From a virus: a DNA stretch of 64,000 nucleotides. This document shows, piece by piece, positions 47,184-56,420 of this stretch. Under the pieces are notes generated by a model. That model made no database searches, was not told where the DNA came from, and worked only from the letters and a program-made list of their open reading frames with translations. Location of the stretch: IMG/VR virus record IMGVR_UViG_3300009103_000003, positions 64,001-128,000 of that record. One strand, given 5' to 3'. Positions within the stretch are counted from its first letter, which is position 1, and every line of letters starts with the position of its first letter. The translations under genes and the position numbers were made by a program.

Positions 47184-48032
47184 ATGGGAAGCAGCAGTTT
47201 TGGGTCAGCAAGAAGACCGTCAGGAAAGAAGTTTCGTGATGGGACTATCGCGGAAGCGTTAGATGACCTTTATAGTGATATTGATGGAGCTTTTTCGGTA
47301 GCGGAAACTACCGGGGCTGCTCTTAGAGCAAACCTCCATATGGACGTGGTTCCTACGGCTGGTGACACTGTAAGCATTGGCGCGGACACCTATGAATTTC
47401 GTGGCGCGGCTGGACAGATGAGCAACGATGCTTTCATCGGTGTTCTTATTGGCGGCGATGCTCAGACAAGCTTGGCCAACCTGGGGAACGCTATTAATGG
47501 CGCTGGAACCGGAGCAACTGATGGCATTTTAGATAATGCTGGAACCGCTCCTTGCGCTCTTGTGAATGGTACTGAGCCCATTGGGGCGCTCGCTCCTGGT
47601 GCTAATGACATGCCCATTACATGTCTCGGCCCAGATGGGACAGAGACCGCTGGGTTTCCCGCTGCCAATATTGTCCTGGCGGACAACCTTAGTGACGGGG
47701 GCGACCAGTTTAATCTCCCTGCTCTTCCCGCAGCCAGTACGACGCAAACAGGTTCAAGATCTTGTGTTGTTGGCCCAGTGACTTATGACGCTGTGACTGT
47801 TGTTGCAGGTTCGCCTAGAACTATTGAGGGGGTCTTACCCTTTCTGCCTAGGACTCATACTATCGCTGTGTCCGGTGCTGCTGGCGTGGATGTTGCCACT
47901 GCGGGCGTCGCCGTTACTTACGCAGGCGGCGGCGGTGGTGCGGCTTATATAATCGATATTGGCGCTGGCGTAGACGCAGGTAGCCTTACCGCTGATGGTA
48001 CAGAATCCGTCACGGTAGTTTTCTTTGAATAG
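47184..48032 (+). CDS. Gly/Ala/Thr-rich structural protein
   Basis: Between sheath and tube; beta-rich. Confidence 0.55.
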   Translation: MGSSSFGSARRPSGKKFRDGTIAEALDDLYSDIDGAFSVAETTGAALRANLHMDVVPTAGDTVSIGADTYEFRGAAGQMSNDAFIGVLIGGDAQTSLANLGNAINGAGTGATDGILDNAGTAPCALVNGTEPIGALAPGANDMPITCLGPDGTETAGFPAANIVLADNLSDGGDQFNLPALPAASTTQTGSRSCVVGPVTYDAVTVVAGSPRTIEGVLPFLPRTHTIAVSGAAGVDVATAGVAVTYAGGGGGAAYIIDIGAGVDAGSLTADGTESVTVVFFE

Positions 48033-48064
48033 TTAGGGAATAAACCCGTTTAGGAGGATTTGAA

Positions 48065-48823
48065 ATGCCCGGATTAAGTGATTGGTCACCGTACAAAACT
48101 CATGTGCAGGGTGGCTTGCGAGAAGGTAACTTCCTAAACGGGCAGTTTATCCTTGTATGTGCAGGACCCCCATTTTTCTCTCAATTGGCGTCTGTAGAAG
48201 ATGCGGCAGTTTTCCCAATCGGGTTAACGCAGAATGTCGCTCTCTCGCAGAACAAGGCCATCAGCCGTATCTTTGAAATTGGTTCTGATCGAAGCTATTT
48301 CATCTCCGGTCGAAGTGTTGGTCAGTTGTCTCTAGGTCGCGTTGTGTACCACGGACCCTCCCTTCTCAGGGCTCTGTACGCTTACTACAACACAGCCGAT
48401 GATAACTCCCCCGGTGGTTATGCTATCGATAGTCTTTCAGGCTCTCCGACTAGCGCGGGTATTGCCCCGTTTACTACCACGGGCTCTGGTGTCAGTAGCT
48501 CCCTTCACTCTGTGAAAGTTCCTCCTGGCTACGGGAACATGTTCCTGAACTTGGCCTCGGACCTATTCAGTCAGCCGCTCGGTCTCATGCTTATCTTTAA
48601 GGATAACGCAGAGAACAACGTTGCTTCTGTGTACCTTGATCAGTGTTATGTGCCTCAGCACTCTATCGCTGTTGACGCGCAGGGTCTCATTGTTCAGGAG
48701 TCCGTAGGCATTCAATACGAAAGAATGCAGCCGATTAAGCAGACTCAAATTTCGTTACTCCATCCTATTCTAGAAGACGCAACAGGTGGGTTCGCGCCTC
48801 CTGCTGGCGGAACACTAGACTAA
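48065..48823 (+). CDS. Tail tube protein
   Basis: IGLTQNVALSQNKAISRIFEIGS..SLGRVVYHG; SD AGGAGG; follows the sheath. Confidence 0.75.
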   Translation: MPGLSDWSPYKTHVQGGLREGNFLNGQFILVCAGPPFFSQLASVEDAAVFPIGLTQNVALSQNKAISRIFEIGSDRSYFISGRSVGQLSLGRVVYHGPSLLRALYAYYNTADDNSPGGYAIDSLSGSPTSAGIAPFTTTGSGVSSSLHSVKVPPGYGNMFLNLASDLFSQPLGLMLIFKDNAENNVASVYLDQCYVPQHSIAVDAQGLIVQESVGIQYERMQPIKQTQISLLHPILEDATGGFAPPAGGTLD

Positions 48824-48835
48824 CTCGGAGTACAT

Positions 48836-49168
48836 ATGGACAAGGCCCTCGAAACAGCAAGCACTATACCGGAGTACTCTACCCTTCTTATTGTGTTGTT
48901 TCTTTGTGGTGTTATTTCCTATGGGATCACACAAGTTGTGAAAATCCCGTGCAGGAAGTACATCGGACCAGATATCAACTCAAAAGACCCGTGGTATTGG
49001 CAACTAATATTCCGGTTGATCCCATTAGCTGTTGGGGCCGGTACGGGGATGTTATTTATTCACTGGCCGTGGGGCGCTTCTGTTGGGTTAGTAGGGGCCA
49101 TTCTAAATGTGGCTCTGTATAAGCAGACATCAACAATCATAAGCAGCTTTAATCCGACTAAGAGGTAA
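48836..49168 (+). CDS. Holin-like membrane protein (2-3 TM segments)
   Basis: Hydrophobic segments separated by short charged loops; end of the late operon. Confidence 0.55.
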   Translation: MDKALETASTIPEYSTLLIVLFLCGVISYGITQVVKIPCRKYIGPDINSKDPWYWQLIFRLIPLAVGAGTGMLFIHWPWGASVGLVGAILNVALYKQTSTIISSFNPTKR

Positions 49169-49171
49169 ATT

Positions 49172-49306
49172 ATGTTTGATACGATTATGTGGACCACCGC
49201 AGCGGTGGCCCCGATTTCTTATTTTCTAGGCAGCACACACGCTATCGGCAAACTCTTTGGTTACGCTAAAGATAAGTTTAGTGGGCTACTAGGGAAGCTG
49301 AAGTAA
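49172..49306 (+). CDS. Small membrane-associated peptide (44 aa); not in ORF track
   Basis: AAGAGG upstream; MFDTIMWTTAAVAPISYFLG...LLGKLK. Confidence 0.55.
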   Translation: MFDTIMWTTAAVAPISYFLGSTHAIGKLFGYAKDKFSGLLGKLK

Positions 49307-49322
49307 ACGCCGAAGAAAGTAG

Positions 49323-49493
49323 ATGACCCGACAGTGCAACCACTGCGAGTCTTACTTCTACCAATCGGACGGAAATATCTATTGTCCGTACTGCTGGTCA
49401 ATTCCTAGGCAGAGAATACGCTATACCAATTGTGGCACCTGCGCCTATAGCAACCCCAACGATGGTCCAAAATACCGGGCTTTCAAATACTGA
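49323..49493 (+). CDS. Small Zn-ribbon protein (56 aa); not in ORF track
   Basis: MTRQCNHCESYFYQSDGNIYCPYC fills the intergenic gap; 3' part overlaps the convergent gene. Confidence 0.45.
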   Translation: MTRQCNHCESYFYQSDGNIYCPYCWSIPRQRIRYTNCGTCAYSNPNDGPKYRAFKY

Positions 49494-49817
49494 TGGTTTT
49501 GGTATCGGCTTAGCCATTAGAACGTCTATCTGATTTGACAAGTCTAGAGACCGCTGCCTCTCGCTTTTTAAGACAAGCTCATAGTAGTTTTTCTGACTTA
49601 AAAAGAGGTCTTGGTTGTATTTAAGCTCTAGCTTGAGTTTCGGAATATCCATGCGCAGACAGCGAAGACCTTCTTCTGCGGCTGACGTTGGGAGAAGTAC
49701 ACCCTTACATGGTGACGTAACAGCGGTAGGGGTTTCACACTCTTGTGCGAATGCCGTTGCAGGCATAGACAAGACGATCAACATTACAGACAAATAAACA
49801 CTAATCAGACTTCTCAT
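49398..49817 (-). CDS. Exported protein with signal peptide and C-terminal TM segment (spanin-like partner)
   Basis: AFA-Q signal peptidase I-like site, coiled coil, FWTIVGVAIGAGATIGIAY. Confidence 0.55.
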   Translation of the reverse strand: MRSLISVYLSVMLIVLSMPATAFAQECETPTAVTSPCKGVLLPTSAAEEGLRCLRMDIPKLKLELKYNQDLFLSQKNYYELVLKSERQRSLDLSNQIDVLMAKPIPKPSVFESPVFWTIVGVAIGAGATIGIAYSLPRN

Positions 49818-50193
49818 TTTTCCTCCCCTTTAGGTATTCTGCCCAAGCATTAGCAATCCCCACGGGGCCCTTCTTGGCAGCTTCATCGATTTCTTTATCG
49901 ACTTGTTCGAGTTTCTTCTTCTCGCTTTCGAAGTCCGCTCGAATCTTGGCTCGCTCAGACTCTCTTTTGTCAGATGCTTCCTCCATCGCTTCTGCAAATT
50001 TTTTCTCAATTTGTACCTGCTCTGTTCGGACTTTCAGCTTTCTCTGACTAGAAGCGTACTTCTGGATTAGCCAATAGGCTACCGCAATTAGGGTAAAAAA
50101 TGCCACCATGGCCCAATGAGGAAGTTTTTTAATCGCCTCCCACGATTTCTTTGCGGCGGACTTAGTACCACTCCACAGGTTCAACCAAAACAT
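49801..50193 (-). CDS. Membrane-anchored coiled-coil protein (i-spanin-like; likely start ATG 50193)
   Basis: N-terminal TM segment followed by a long coiled coil; SD GGAGG. Confidence 0.55.
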   Translation of the reverse strand: MFWLNLWSGTKSAAKKSWEAIKKLPHWAMVAFFTLIAVAYWLIQKYASSQRKLKVRTEQVQIEKKFAEAMEEASDKRESERAKIRADFESEKKKLEQVDKEIDEAAKKGPVGIANAWAEYLKGRKNEKSD

Positions 50194-50208
50194 ACACACC
50201 TCCTAGTT

Positions 50209-50238
50209 AAAAATGTGCGGGAGGAAATCCCCCCGCAC
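50209..50238 (-). terminator. Intrinsic terminator after the DUF1257 gene
   Basis: Minus strand GTGCGGGGGG-ATTT-CCTCCCGCAC followed by ATTTTT. Confidence 0.75.
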
Positions 50239-50254
50239 TGTAGTTATTGCAAGG

Positions 50255-50668
50255 CTACCCTTTTGCAACAACTACGATCTTATTACCGTCTTTCTTTACT
50301 TTAGTCACGAGACCTTGTTTCTTCAAAGCCTTCTGAGCAACAACGGCTGCATACCACTGGTTGACACCGGATGAGAATTTAGTCCCAACCTTAGCGCCTA
50401 ATCGACCACCATCATCTAGATCATCAACGTAGACTTGGTAACTCCCGTTCTCGCCTTTAGCGAACCCAACGTCACCGTAACCACCGTGATATGACTTCTT
50501 AATTAGAATTTCTACTTTTGCGGACTGTCGTCCGTACCCCACAAGATCAAGTAGCTCACCAGGGCTAGCGACCTGAATTTCTTCACGGGGGACACCCAGC
50601 TTTTCAAGGGCTGTGATAACTGCATTCTGATCTTTCATGCAGGTCTCACAAGTAATTAGAGCACTCAT
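50255..50668 (-). CDS. DUF1257 (Ycf35-like) protein
   Basis: ITCETCMKDQNAVITALEKLG...DVGFAKGENGSYQVYVDD pattern; co-occurs with Ycf46 AAA and DUF2997. Confidence 0.75.
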   Translation of the reverse strand: MSALITCETCMKDQNAVITALEKLGVPREEIQVASPGELLDLVGYGRQSAKVEILIKKSYHGGYGDVGFAKGENGSYQVYVDDLDDGGRLGAKVGTKFSSGVNQWYAAVVAQKALKKQGLVTKVKKDGNKIVVVAKG

Positions 50669-51279
50669 TGCACCCTCCTTAATTCGTCCAAGGTACTCTT
50701 GTCTGGGAGCCCTGTTATCTTAACAAGGCCGTCTTCCCCACACGAGACTTCTACTCTTGGCAGATTGGTTAAATCAGTCTGCTCATAAGCAGGATTTATG
50801 TATATAATCTCTTGGTTGGATGAGGAAATTAGAGGCTTGTTGCACGCCAACTTTTCTACGTATGGCCCAGAAATGACCATCGAAACAAGGGTTTCATTCA
50901 TAAAGTACGGCATCCGCATGTCTTCCAGATAGCCAGATTTCTCTAGCCGTTCCTTTGTCCACCCAGTAAATATTACTACTGATAGTTCCTTGAACTCATC
51001 TGAAGGACCCCGGTTTAAAGTCAACATGCTTTTAATCATCAGCTTGATGTCCAACCACTGCTCCATAGGCTCTCCACCAGAGATCGTGACCCCGTCTGGG
51101 TTACCGGCTAGGAGCGCACTGGCGGCGTCTAGACGAGAGATCTCCTCACCCCCGGACTCTGGCCATGTGTGTTTGTTGAAGCACCCAGGACAGCCTATGG
51201 TGCATCCCTGAACGTGTAATACATTACGACGCCCAGGACCGTTGACATAACTGTCTCTAGTTATCCCCGCTATCCTCAT
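50665..51279 (-). CDS. Radical SAM protein, NrdG/activase-like (likely start MRIAG)
   Basis: NGPGRR..VQGCTIGCPGCFN (CxxxCxxC), GVTISGGEP. Confidence 0.88.
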   Translation of the reverse strand: MRIAGITRDSYVNGPGRRNVLHVQGCTIGCPGCFNKHTWPESGGEEISRLDAASALLAGNPDGVTISGGEPMEQWLDIKLMIKSMLTLNRGPSDEFKELSVVIFTGWTKERLEKSGYLEDMRMPYFMNETLVSMVISGPYVEKLACNKPLISSSNQEIIYINPAYEQTDLTNLPRVEVSCGEDGLVKITGLPDKSTLDELRRVQ

Positions 51280-51529
51280 CTTGGGCCTCCTCAACATCAG
51301 ACCACAGCAGCCAAGGGGCTATGATTGGTCCATCATCAGGGCTTGCGCACCCGTCACTATCTGGGGCCCAAACGTCAATAGAGATGCCCTCACTATTCGT
51401 GAGGATTCCTATGTCGGCTGATGTTTCACCGTCAGGACTCGTAACTCTTATCCAGACCCGTGCACCTTCGTGTGCTTTAGTACGTTCATACTCGGTGTCG
51501 CCCGTTTGTATCAGGGCGATGCCTTCCAT
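51257..51529 (-). CDS. Hypothetical acidic protein (90 aa)
   Basis: Coupled ORF. Confidence 0.6.
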   Translation of the reverse strand: MEGIALIQTGDTEYERTKAHEGARVWIRVTSPDGETSADIGILTNSEGISIDVWAPDSDGCASPDDGPIIAPWLLWSDVEEAQDEDSGDN

Positions 51530-51714
51530 TATGACCCCGCCTTAACAGTGTCATCTGCTTGCTCATGGTATTCAGGTTTCTTCGTATCTGAAGTAACCTT
51601 TCCGCCTAGAGCTTTAACAACTGCATCGGTGTATTTGGTACACCCCGCGCCTTTGACCCCATCAACCTCTATCTCGGTTGACCCGTCAGGGTTCACTATC
51701 ACTTTGACTTCCAT
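51529..51714 (-). CDS. DUF2997 protein
   Basis: VIVNPDGSTEIEVDGVKGAGCTKYT...KPEY. Confidence 0.8.
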   Translation of the reverse strand: MEVKVIVNPDGSTEIEVDGVKGAGCTKYTDAVVKALGGKVTSDTKKPEYHEQADDTVKAGS

Positions 51715-52552
51715 AGAGTCTCCTCCAGTAACTGTTAAAATTTTGGCCGACTTGCTCAGCGGCTTCGTAGTACCCTGGACCTAAGTTATTTCCCTCAGGA
51801 TCAACAAAGTAAGCCCCAGATTGACGCAGTGTGTCACTAGCAATCAGAGCCCTCAGAAGCTCAAAGTTCCGGTCAAAACCTTTCTGGTTAAATATGAATC
51901 CATATGCGTTGCTTCCTGGCGGTGCGCTCAACGATCTAAACACAGAAAATTCTATCTTTGCGTAAGCCAATTCCCCATATTCTGTTCTTATCTGGTCCCT
52001 CCGATTACGAACCCTGGTGTCACATATATTATTAAGTACACCCTCAAAGGATGAGACAGGTGTCGGCACCAGAGCACCAATTGGAACCCGAAGCTGGCTT
52101 GTAACAAGCACGAGCGCTTCCTTCGCAATAGCTTCTTCACGTAGGGTGGAGAGGCCATGAAAAACAAGCTTTTTCTGTGCATAAGGCTCTCTTGAGCCTA
52201 CAGCGTAATTCAATTCAGTAAATGTTTCTAGGTTGGAAATGCTGTCGATAACGACAACTTTAGCGCCGTGCACCAAGGCAGAGAAAGCAGCTTCAATAGC
52301 TGCCTCCCCAAACCTTGGTGACACGACTACGCAGTCCGTAGGACCAGCGTCACTAAAATATACTTTGTCGGGCAAGCCTTCTGTGTAGACAAGAGCAGTC
52401 GGGTGACCATCAATTGAAGCTTCACGCATCACACTAAGGCATAGGGAGGTTTTGCCGCAAGCATCACCACCCACAATCTCAGACACACCAATCGGGAACC
52501 CCCCAAACAGTGCCTCATCTAACTGGCATACCCCAGTGCGAAACTTCTTCAA
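51686..52552 (-). CDS. RecA/UvsX-like recombinase-fold ATPase
   Basis: TGVCQLDEALFGGFP, GGDACGKT, VVVIDSIS, VLVTSQLR. Confidence 0.8.
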   Translation of the reverse strand: MKKFRTGVCQLDEALFGGFPIGVSEIVGGDACGKTSLCLSVMREASIDGHPTALVYTEGLPDKVYFSDAGPTDCVVVSPRFGEAAIEAAFSALVHGAKVVVIDSISNLETFTELNYAVGSREPYAQKKLVFHGLSTLREEAIAKEALVLVTSQLRVPIGALVPTPVSSFEGVLNNICDTRVRNRRDQIRTEYGELAYAKIEFSVFRSLSAPPGSNAYGFIFNQKGFDRNFELLRALIASDTLRQSGAYFVDPEGNNLGPGYYEAAEQVGQNFNSYWRRLYGSQSDSEP

Positions 52553-54126
52553 CTCATGATTCTCCTTCTGGTCTTTTTACTCGATGGTTTACGAATCTCC
52601 TTTTGGGAGTTGTCGTTTGCCATTATAGCTCGACCAGCCGCCCATTTACGCAGGCCCTCAATTTGAGTCTCCATAGTGGCGGAAAGTGGAACTGTGTTAA
52701 CAGCGGCTGATAGGTAGTCGTCTGCTGTAGGATCTCTTCCTTCAGGAAAAGCTTTATACATACCATCAATAATAATTTGCTCTAGCTCAGCGCCAGAGAA
52801 ACCATCTGTGGCATCGACTAGTGCGGCCATTCCAGTGTCATGTCCGGGGTAATCCCCAGTTAAAACGGAAGGGTCTCTACCGTATCTACCAAGATGGATA
52901 TTGATAATAGACTCCCGGTCTTCTTCCCCCGGAAGATCTACGAAAAACAGCTCATCAAAGCGACCTTTACGCAACATCTCTGGTGGAAGTGCCGATACAT
53001 CATTTGCTGTTGCAACGACGAACACCGGAGATGTCTTTTCTTGCATCCAACTCAGGAAGGAACCGAAGACCCTTGCGGTCGTCCCACTATCGGAGACTCC
53101 TGTAGAACTTCCTAGGCTTTTCTCAAGCTCGTCAATCCACAAGACACAAGGCGCTAAGGCCTCAGCAGTTTTAAGGGCTTTTCGCATGTTCGCTTCTGAT
53201 TGACCAACTAGCGAGCCAAATAGCGAGCCTACATCCATCCTTAAGACGGGCATACCCCAATCATGTCCGATGCACTTTGAGACAAGGCTTTTACCTGTTC
53301 CTGGGATTCCTACAATAAGAACTCCGCGTGGGTTAGGTAGTCCGTACTCTCGTGCTTCTTCACTGAACGAGCCGCCCCGTTGGTGCAGCCACTTCTTCAG
53401 ATTCTCAAGCCCCCCAACAGAGTTCATGTCTCTGTCAACATCGTAGAACTGGAGCACCCCACTCTTTCGGATGATGTGCTTTTTCTCCTCAATGATTATT
53501 TGGGGGTCGAGCATGCTCGCATGGGCTAGAGACTTCGCAAAGACGTTTTCGGCTTCAGCCAATGTTAGTCCGAGTGCTGCGTTTGACCCAATGTCCACCA
53601 TGTTGTTTCTAGCGTCCTCTTGCAAGGTTGCCGTGGCTGCACAGTCGGCCATCAAAAGATGTGCTGTCCCGTTTAGCTCTTGAATACTTGGTAGATCAAA
53701 ATCAACTACTGCAATAAGCTTCTCTAACCGAGGCGGGATCTCAAGCTCAGAGTCAACAATAACGATGTTGATTCCTGGGCCTAGATTAGAAAGGGTATCT
53801 CTCAGCTTACGCTGAACCAAATACTCTGGTCCGGTGTTAAGAAAATTAGCAAAGTCTCGTAATAGGAATACGCCGGATTCTCTATACCCCTGGATATAAT
53901 CCAGAACATCTAGAGGTCCGTCGAGTTCTGAAAGAACATTTTCACCGCAACGGCAACCTTCAGTGATTGACCAAACATGTAATTTGGAATTCAACCCCTG
54001 CTTGTTGTTCCGTCTCTCGATTATTCCTGATAAGCACTGCTCTACCCGACCTTCTTCGTAGGAAACTACAAAGATGGCCGGGTAGGCAGCACGAATCAGA
54101 AGGTCGAGTTCTTCGACCGACCTCAT
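52549..54126 (-). CDS. Ycf46-like AAA+ ATPase
   Basis: VGGLENLKKWL, GIPGTGKS, LWIDELEK, LRKGRFDELFFVDLP, inactive N-terminal AAA-like domain. Confidence 0.9.
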   Translation of the reverse strand: MRSVEELDLLIRAAYPAIFVVSYEEGRVEQCLSGIIERRNNKQGLNSKLHVWSITEGCRCGENVLSELDGPLDVLDYIQGYRESGVFLLRDFANFLNTGPEYLVQRKLRDTLSNLGPGINIVIVDSELEIPPRLEKLIAVVDFDLPSIQELNGTAHLLMADCAATATLQEDARNNMVDIGSNAALGLTLAEAENVFAKSLAHASMLDPQIIIEEKKHIIRKSGVLQFYDVDRDMNSVGGLENLKKWLHQRGGSFSEEAREYGLPNPRGVLIVGIPGTGKSLVSKCIGHDWGMPVLRMDVGSLFGSLVGQSEANMRKALKTAEALAPCVLWIDELEKSLGSSTGVSDSGTTARVFGSFLSWMQEKTSPVFVVATANDVSALPPEMLRKGRFDELFFVDLPGEEDRESIINIHLGRYGRDPSVLTGDYPGHDTGMAALVDATDGFSGAELEQIIIDGMYKAFPEGRDPTADDYLSAAVNTVPLSATMETQIEGLRKWAAGRAIMANDNSQKEIRKPSSKKTRRRIMS

Positions 54127-55047
54127 TTATTCGCCTACTCGAATCTTCTTTCGACGCTTTTTCTTCACGGGTGCTGGGGCTTCTTCCTCAACGACCACAC
54201 CATCGGCCTCGTCAACTCGATACAACATATCTTCCGTATCTAGCTCACAAAAGTACCAACGGATTACTTGGGCCAAGGAACGACGATGTTCTTCATCAAC
54301 ACCGTCAGCATCAGCGGTCGCCAAGAGAGTACGAAGTTCTTCAACTTCTCGCTTAGACCTGTAGGTCTTTGCTCGCTTCCGCTGCTCGGTTGCAGGGATT
54401 CCCTTGTCTTCCGTAGTCAAGATCTGCTCAAGAATCTCTGTCTGCTTAGCAACATCAGGAGTTCCATCTTCCTTCAATACCCGTGACAGCTTCTTAGCCT
54501 GGGTAAGTCGGATGTTCCCGTGTCGCAGAGCTTCAAAAGCCTCCTTGCACAAACCTCGGTAGGTCGAGGTCATGACACTTACCTGAGGCTGTGAAACAGA
54601 TAGCATAGCTGCCACCTCTTCCTGATGCCCAACTCGATCAACGAGCTTGGCAATCGCCTCACACTGGTCTGCGTGATTCAGCGAACTTCGCTGCATATTT
54701 TCACTCAGGTTTAGCGCGAGAGCCTCTTCCAAGGACCCGGTAAATACCGAGCACTGGATTTGGTCATAGAATTTACTTGTATCCTCGTTCGCCTCCTTTA
54801 GAGCAGCACGCTCCTCAGAAATAGCTTGATAACGACGATAACCTGCGAGCAGAACCAGCCTCTCAGCCCCATCCTCGTCCTTATATACTCGGACGATGGG
54901 CGGGTTCAGAAGGCCGTCCCGCTTAATAGAGTCGCGTAGCTCTGCGACCTCGAATGCATTAGCCTTCCGACAATTCTGGAAGCCGTCTGCGTTTCTCTCA
55001 ATGTCGTCAAAATTAAACTTCTTCAGACGTAGTTGACGCTGCGTCAT
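54127..55047 (-). CDS. parB: ParB/Spo0J-like protein
   Basis: LRDSIKRDGLLNPPIV, LLAGYRRYQA, ENMQRSSL, HTH (QEEVAAMLSVSQPQVS); SD AAGGAG. Confidence 0.85.
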   Translation of the reverse strand: MTQRQLRLKKFNFDDIERNADGFQNCRKANAFEVAELRDSIKRDGLLNPPIVRVYKDEDGAERLVLLAGYRRYQAISEERAALKEANEDTSKFYDQIQCSVFTGSLEEALALNLSENMQRSSLNHADQCEAIAKLVDRVGHQEEVAAMLSVSQPQVSVMTSTYRGLCKEAFEALRHGNIRLTQAKKLSRVLKEDGTPDVAKQTEILEQILTTEDKGIPATEQRKRAKTYRSKREVEELRTLLATADADGVDEEHRRSLAQVIRWYFCELDTEDMLYRVDEADGVVVEEEAPAPVKKKRRKKIRVGE

Positions 55048-55195
55048 TAGTTTCTCCTTACTTCGATCTCAGTGATTGTATTATTAAGTTGATATTACTA
55101 CGGGATAATACCGCAATAGCCGAGCAATAGTAATAATCCTCTAGTTTTACCTTTTGTAGCAATATCCACCCAAAGGTCTCAGCAAACATGCTTTT

Positions 55196-55310
55196 TGACA
55201 ACATACTTATTGTCAATGACAAGTCCTGCCTGTCAACTGAAAACATAGTGTTTACCTATATTTAGAGGATGTTTTCCGCTCGGCGGTAGGTGACAACAGA
55301 GTTATTGTCA
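55196..55310. repeat. Left array of TGACA-N(9-10)-TGTCA palindromic boxes
   Basis: Boxes at 55196-55215 (N10), 55217-55235 (N9) and 55291-55310 (N10). Confidence 0.9.
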
Positions 55311-55317
55311 CCCATCC

Positions 55318-56388
55318 TTACTCATCTCCTTTTGTATAGATTGCTCTTCTCCTCCTACCCTGCGCCTTTACTGATGTAGATCCATCAATGAAAGGTTTTA
55401 ATGCCGCAGGGTCCCCAACAACCGTTACAGAACCATCTGGTAGCAGTTGTATCTTAATCCCTGGTAGCTCTAACCAGATTTGGTCAGAGACTGCCGTCAA
55501 CTTTTGTAGACTGGGATAGTACTGCTTCAGGTTCTGAAGCTCTGTTCCCAGAGCCATTAAGGTTGAGGGTCTGGCAGTAGTAGCAATCTCTCCAGAGTCT
55601 CTTCTATGCTTGTGAATAGCTTCTCTCTCTAACCTGTCAAAGTCTGTCCTTCTTAGGGTGTCCATTTCAGTTGTTAGAGTCGTAAACCACTCATTCGCTT
55701 CTATATAGGCTGTCTTTCTACCAGCCTCTAACTTTAATCTTCCAAGCATCTTCCCTAGGATTACTCTTTCTTCTCCTATGGATACCAGCCTCTCCCTTGA
55801 ATTGGAGAATGCTGTTAGGGCTTCCTGTAGTTTTTCATTTGAGTCAACAGGGTCCCCTGATGCTGAACAATACTTTTCTCTTAGCAGTGCAATACCGTTG
55901 GATGTTTCCTGAACGGTTGCTCTAGCTTCTTGGATACCACCTATGAGTGAAGTTACATCTACTTCATCTTTCTCAAGTAACCCACCAAGACTGGCTATAC
56001 GACTTCTAAAGGTAGTCAGAAACTCTCTAGTAAACTTAAATGTATGTAAGCAGCTTTTAGGGTTTCTGGCTAACTTGTCTAGCGCATATTGTTTACCTGT
56101 TACGAAGGGTGGTGTACTTCGGTATGTTTTACATCCCTTCAGAAGGGTAGCTGTTTCAGCATCCATTATTCTAAAAGGCATATAGATATGTACCCAGGCT
56201 TCGTTGTCCTCTTTCCAAAGGTATACGTGCCCACGTTCAATTGGTGTTAAATCTTGCTCATCCCAGGGAGCACCATCTACAGGGTCTATGAAATCATTTC
56301 TAGACCAGCGACTGGTATTTGAGGTAGGATGGCAAACCACTTGGATGTGAGGTTCAGCCCGGATGTTCAAAAGCTCATGTGCTGCCAT
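55318..56388 (-). CDS. Orphan protein (about 356 aa) with coiled coil; lower GC (likely start ATG 56388)
   Basis: GGAGG 5 nt before the ATG; no recognised domain. Confidence 0.75.
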   Translation of the reverse strand: MAAHELLNIRAEPHIQVVCHPTSNTSRWSRNDFIDPVDGAPWDEQDLTPIERGHVYLWKEDNEAWVHIYMPFRIMDAETATLLKGCKTYRSTPPFVTGKQYALDKLARNPKSCLHTFKFTREFLTTFRSRIASLGGLLEKDEVDVTSLIGGIQEARATVQETSNGIALLREKYCSASGDPVDSNEKLQEALTAFSNSRERLVSIGEERVILGKMLGRLKLEAGRKTAYIEANEWFTTLTTEMDTLRRTDFDRLEREAIHKHRRDSGEIATTARPSTLMALGTELQNLKQYYPSLQKLTAVSDQIWLELPGIKIQLLPDGSVTVVGDPAALKPFIDGSTSVKAQGRRRRAIYTKGDE

Positions 56389-56420
56389 TAAACCTCCTTC
56401 GGGGAATAAGTGTGTTAGGG

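Noticed and set aside
10803-47781. Numerous 60-240 aa ORFs antisense or out of frame within the large structural genes
   Set aside because: Shadow ORFs of long genes, without SD or motifs. The exceptions retained are 25045-25305 and the two antisense islets.
55058-55246. 62-aa ORF over the left TGACA boxes
   Set aside because: Weak SD and it runs through the palindromic boxes; it cannot be excluded but is not supported.
55318-56388. Transposase or recombinase encoded between the box arrays
   Set aside because: No DDE, serine-recombinase or tyrosine-recombinase motifs recognised; no target-site duplication identified.
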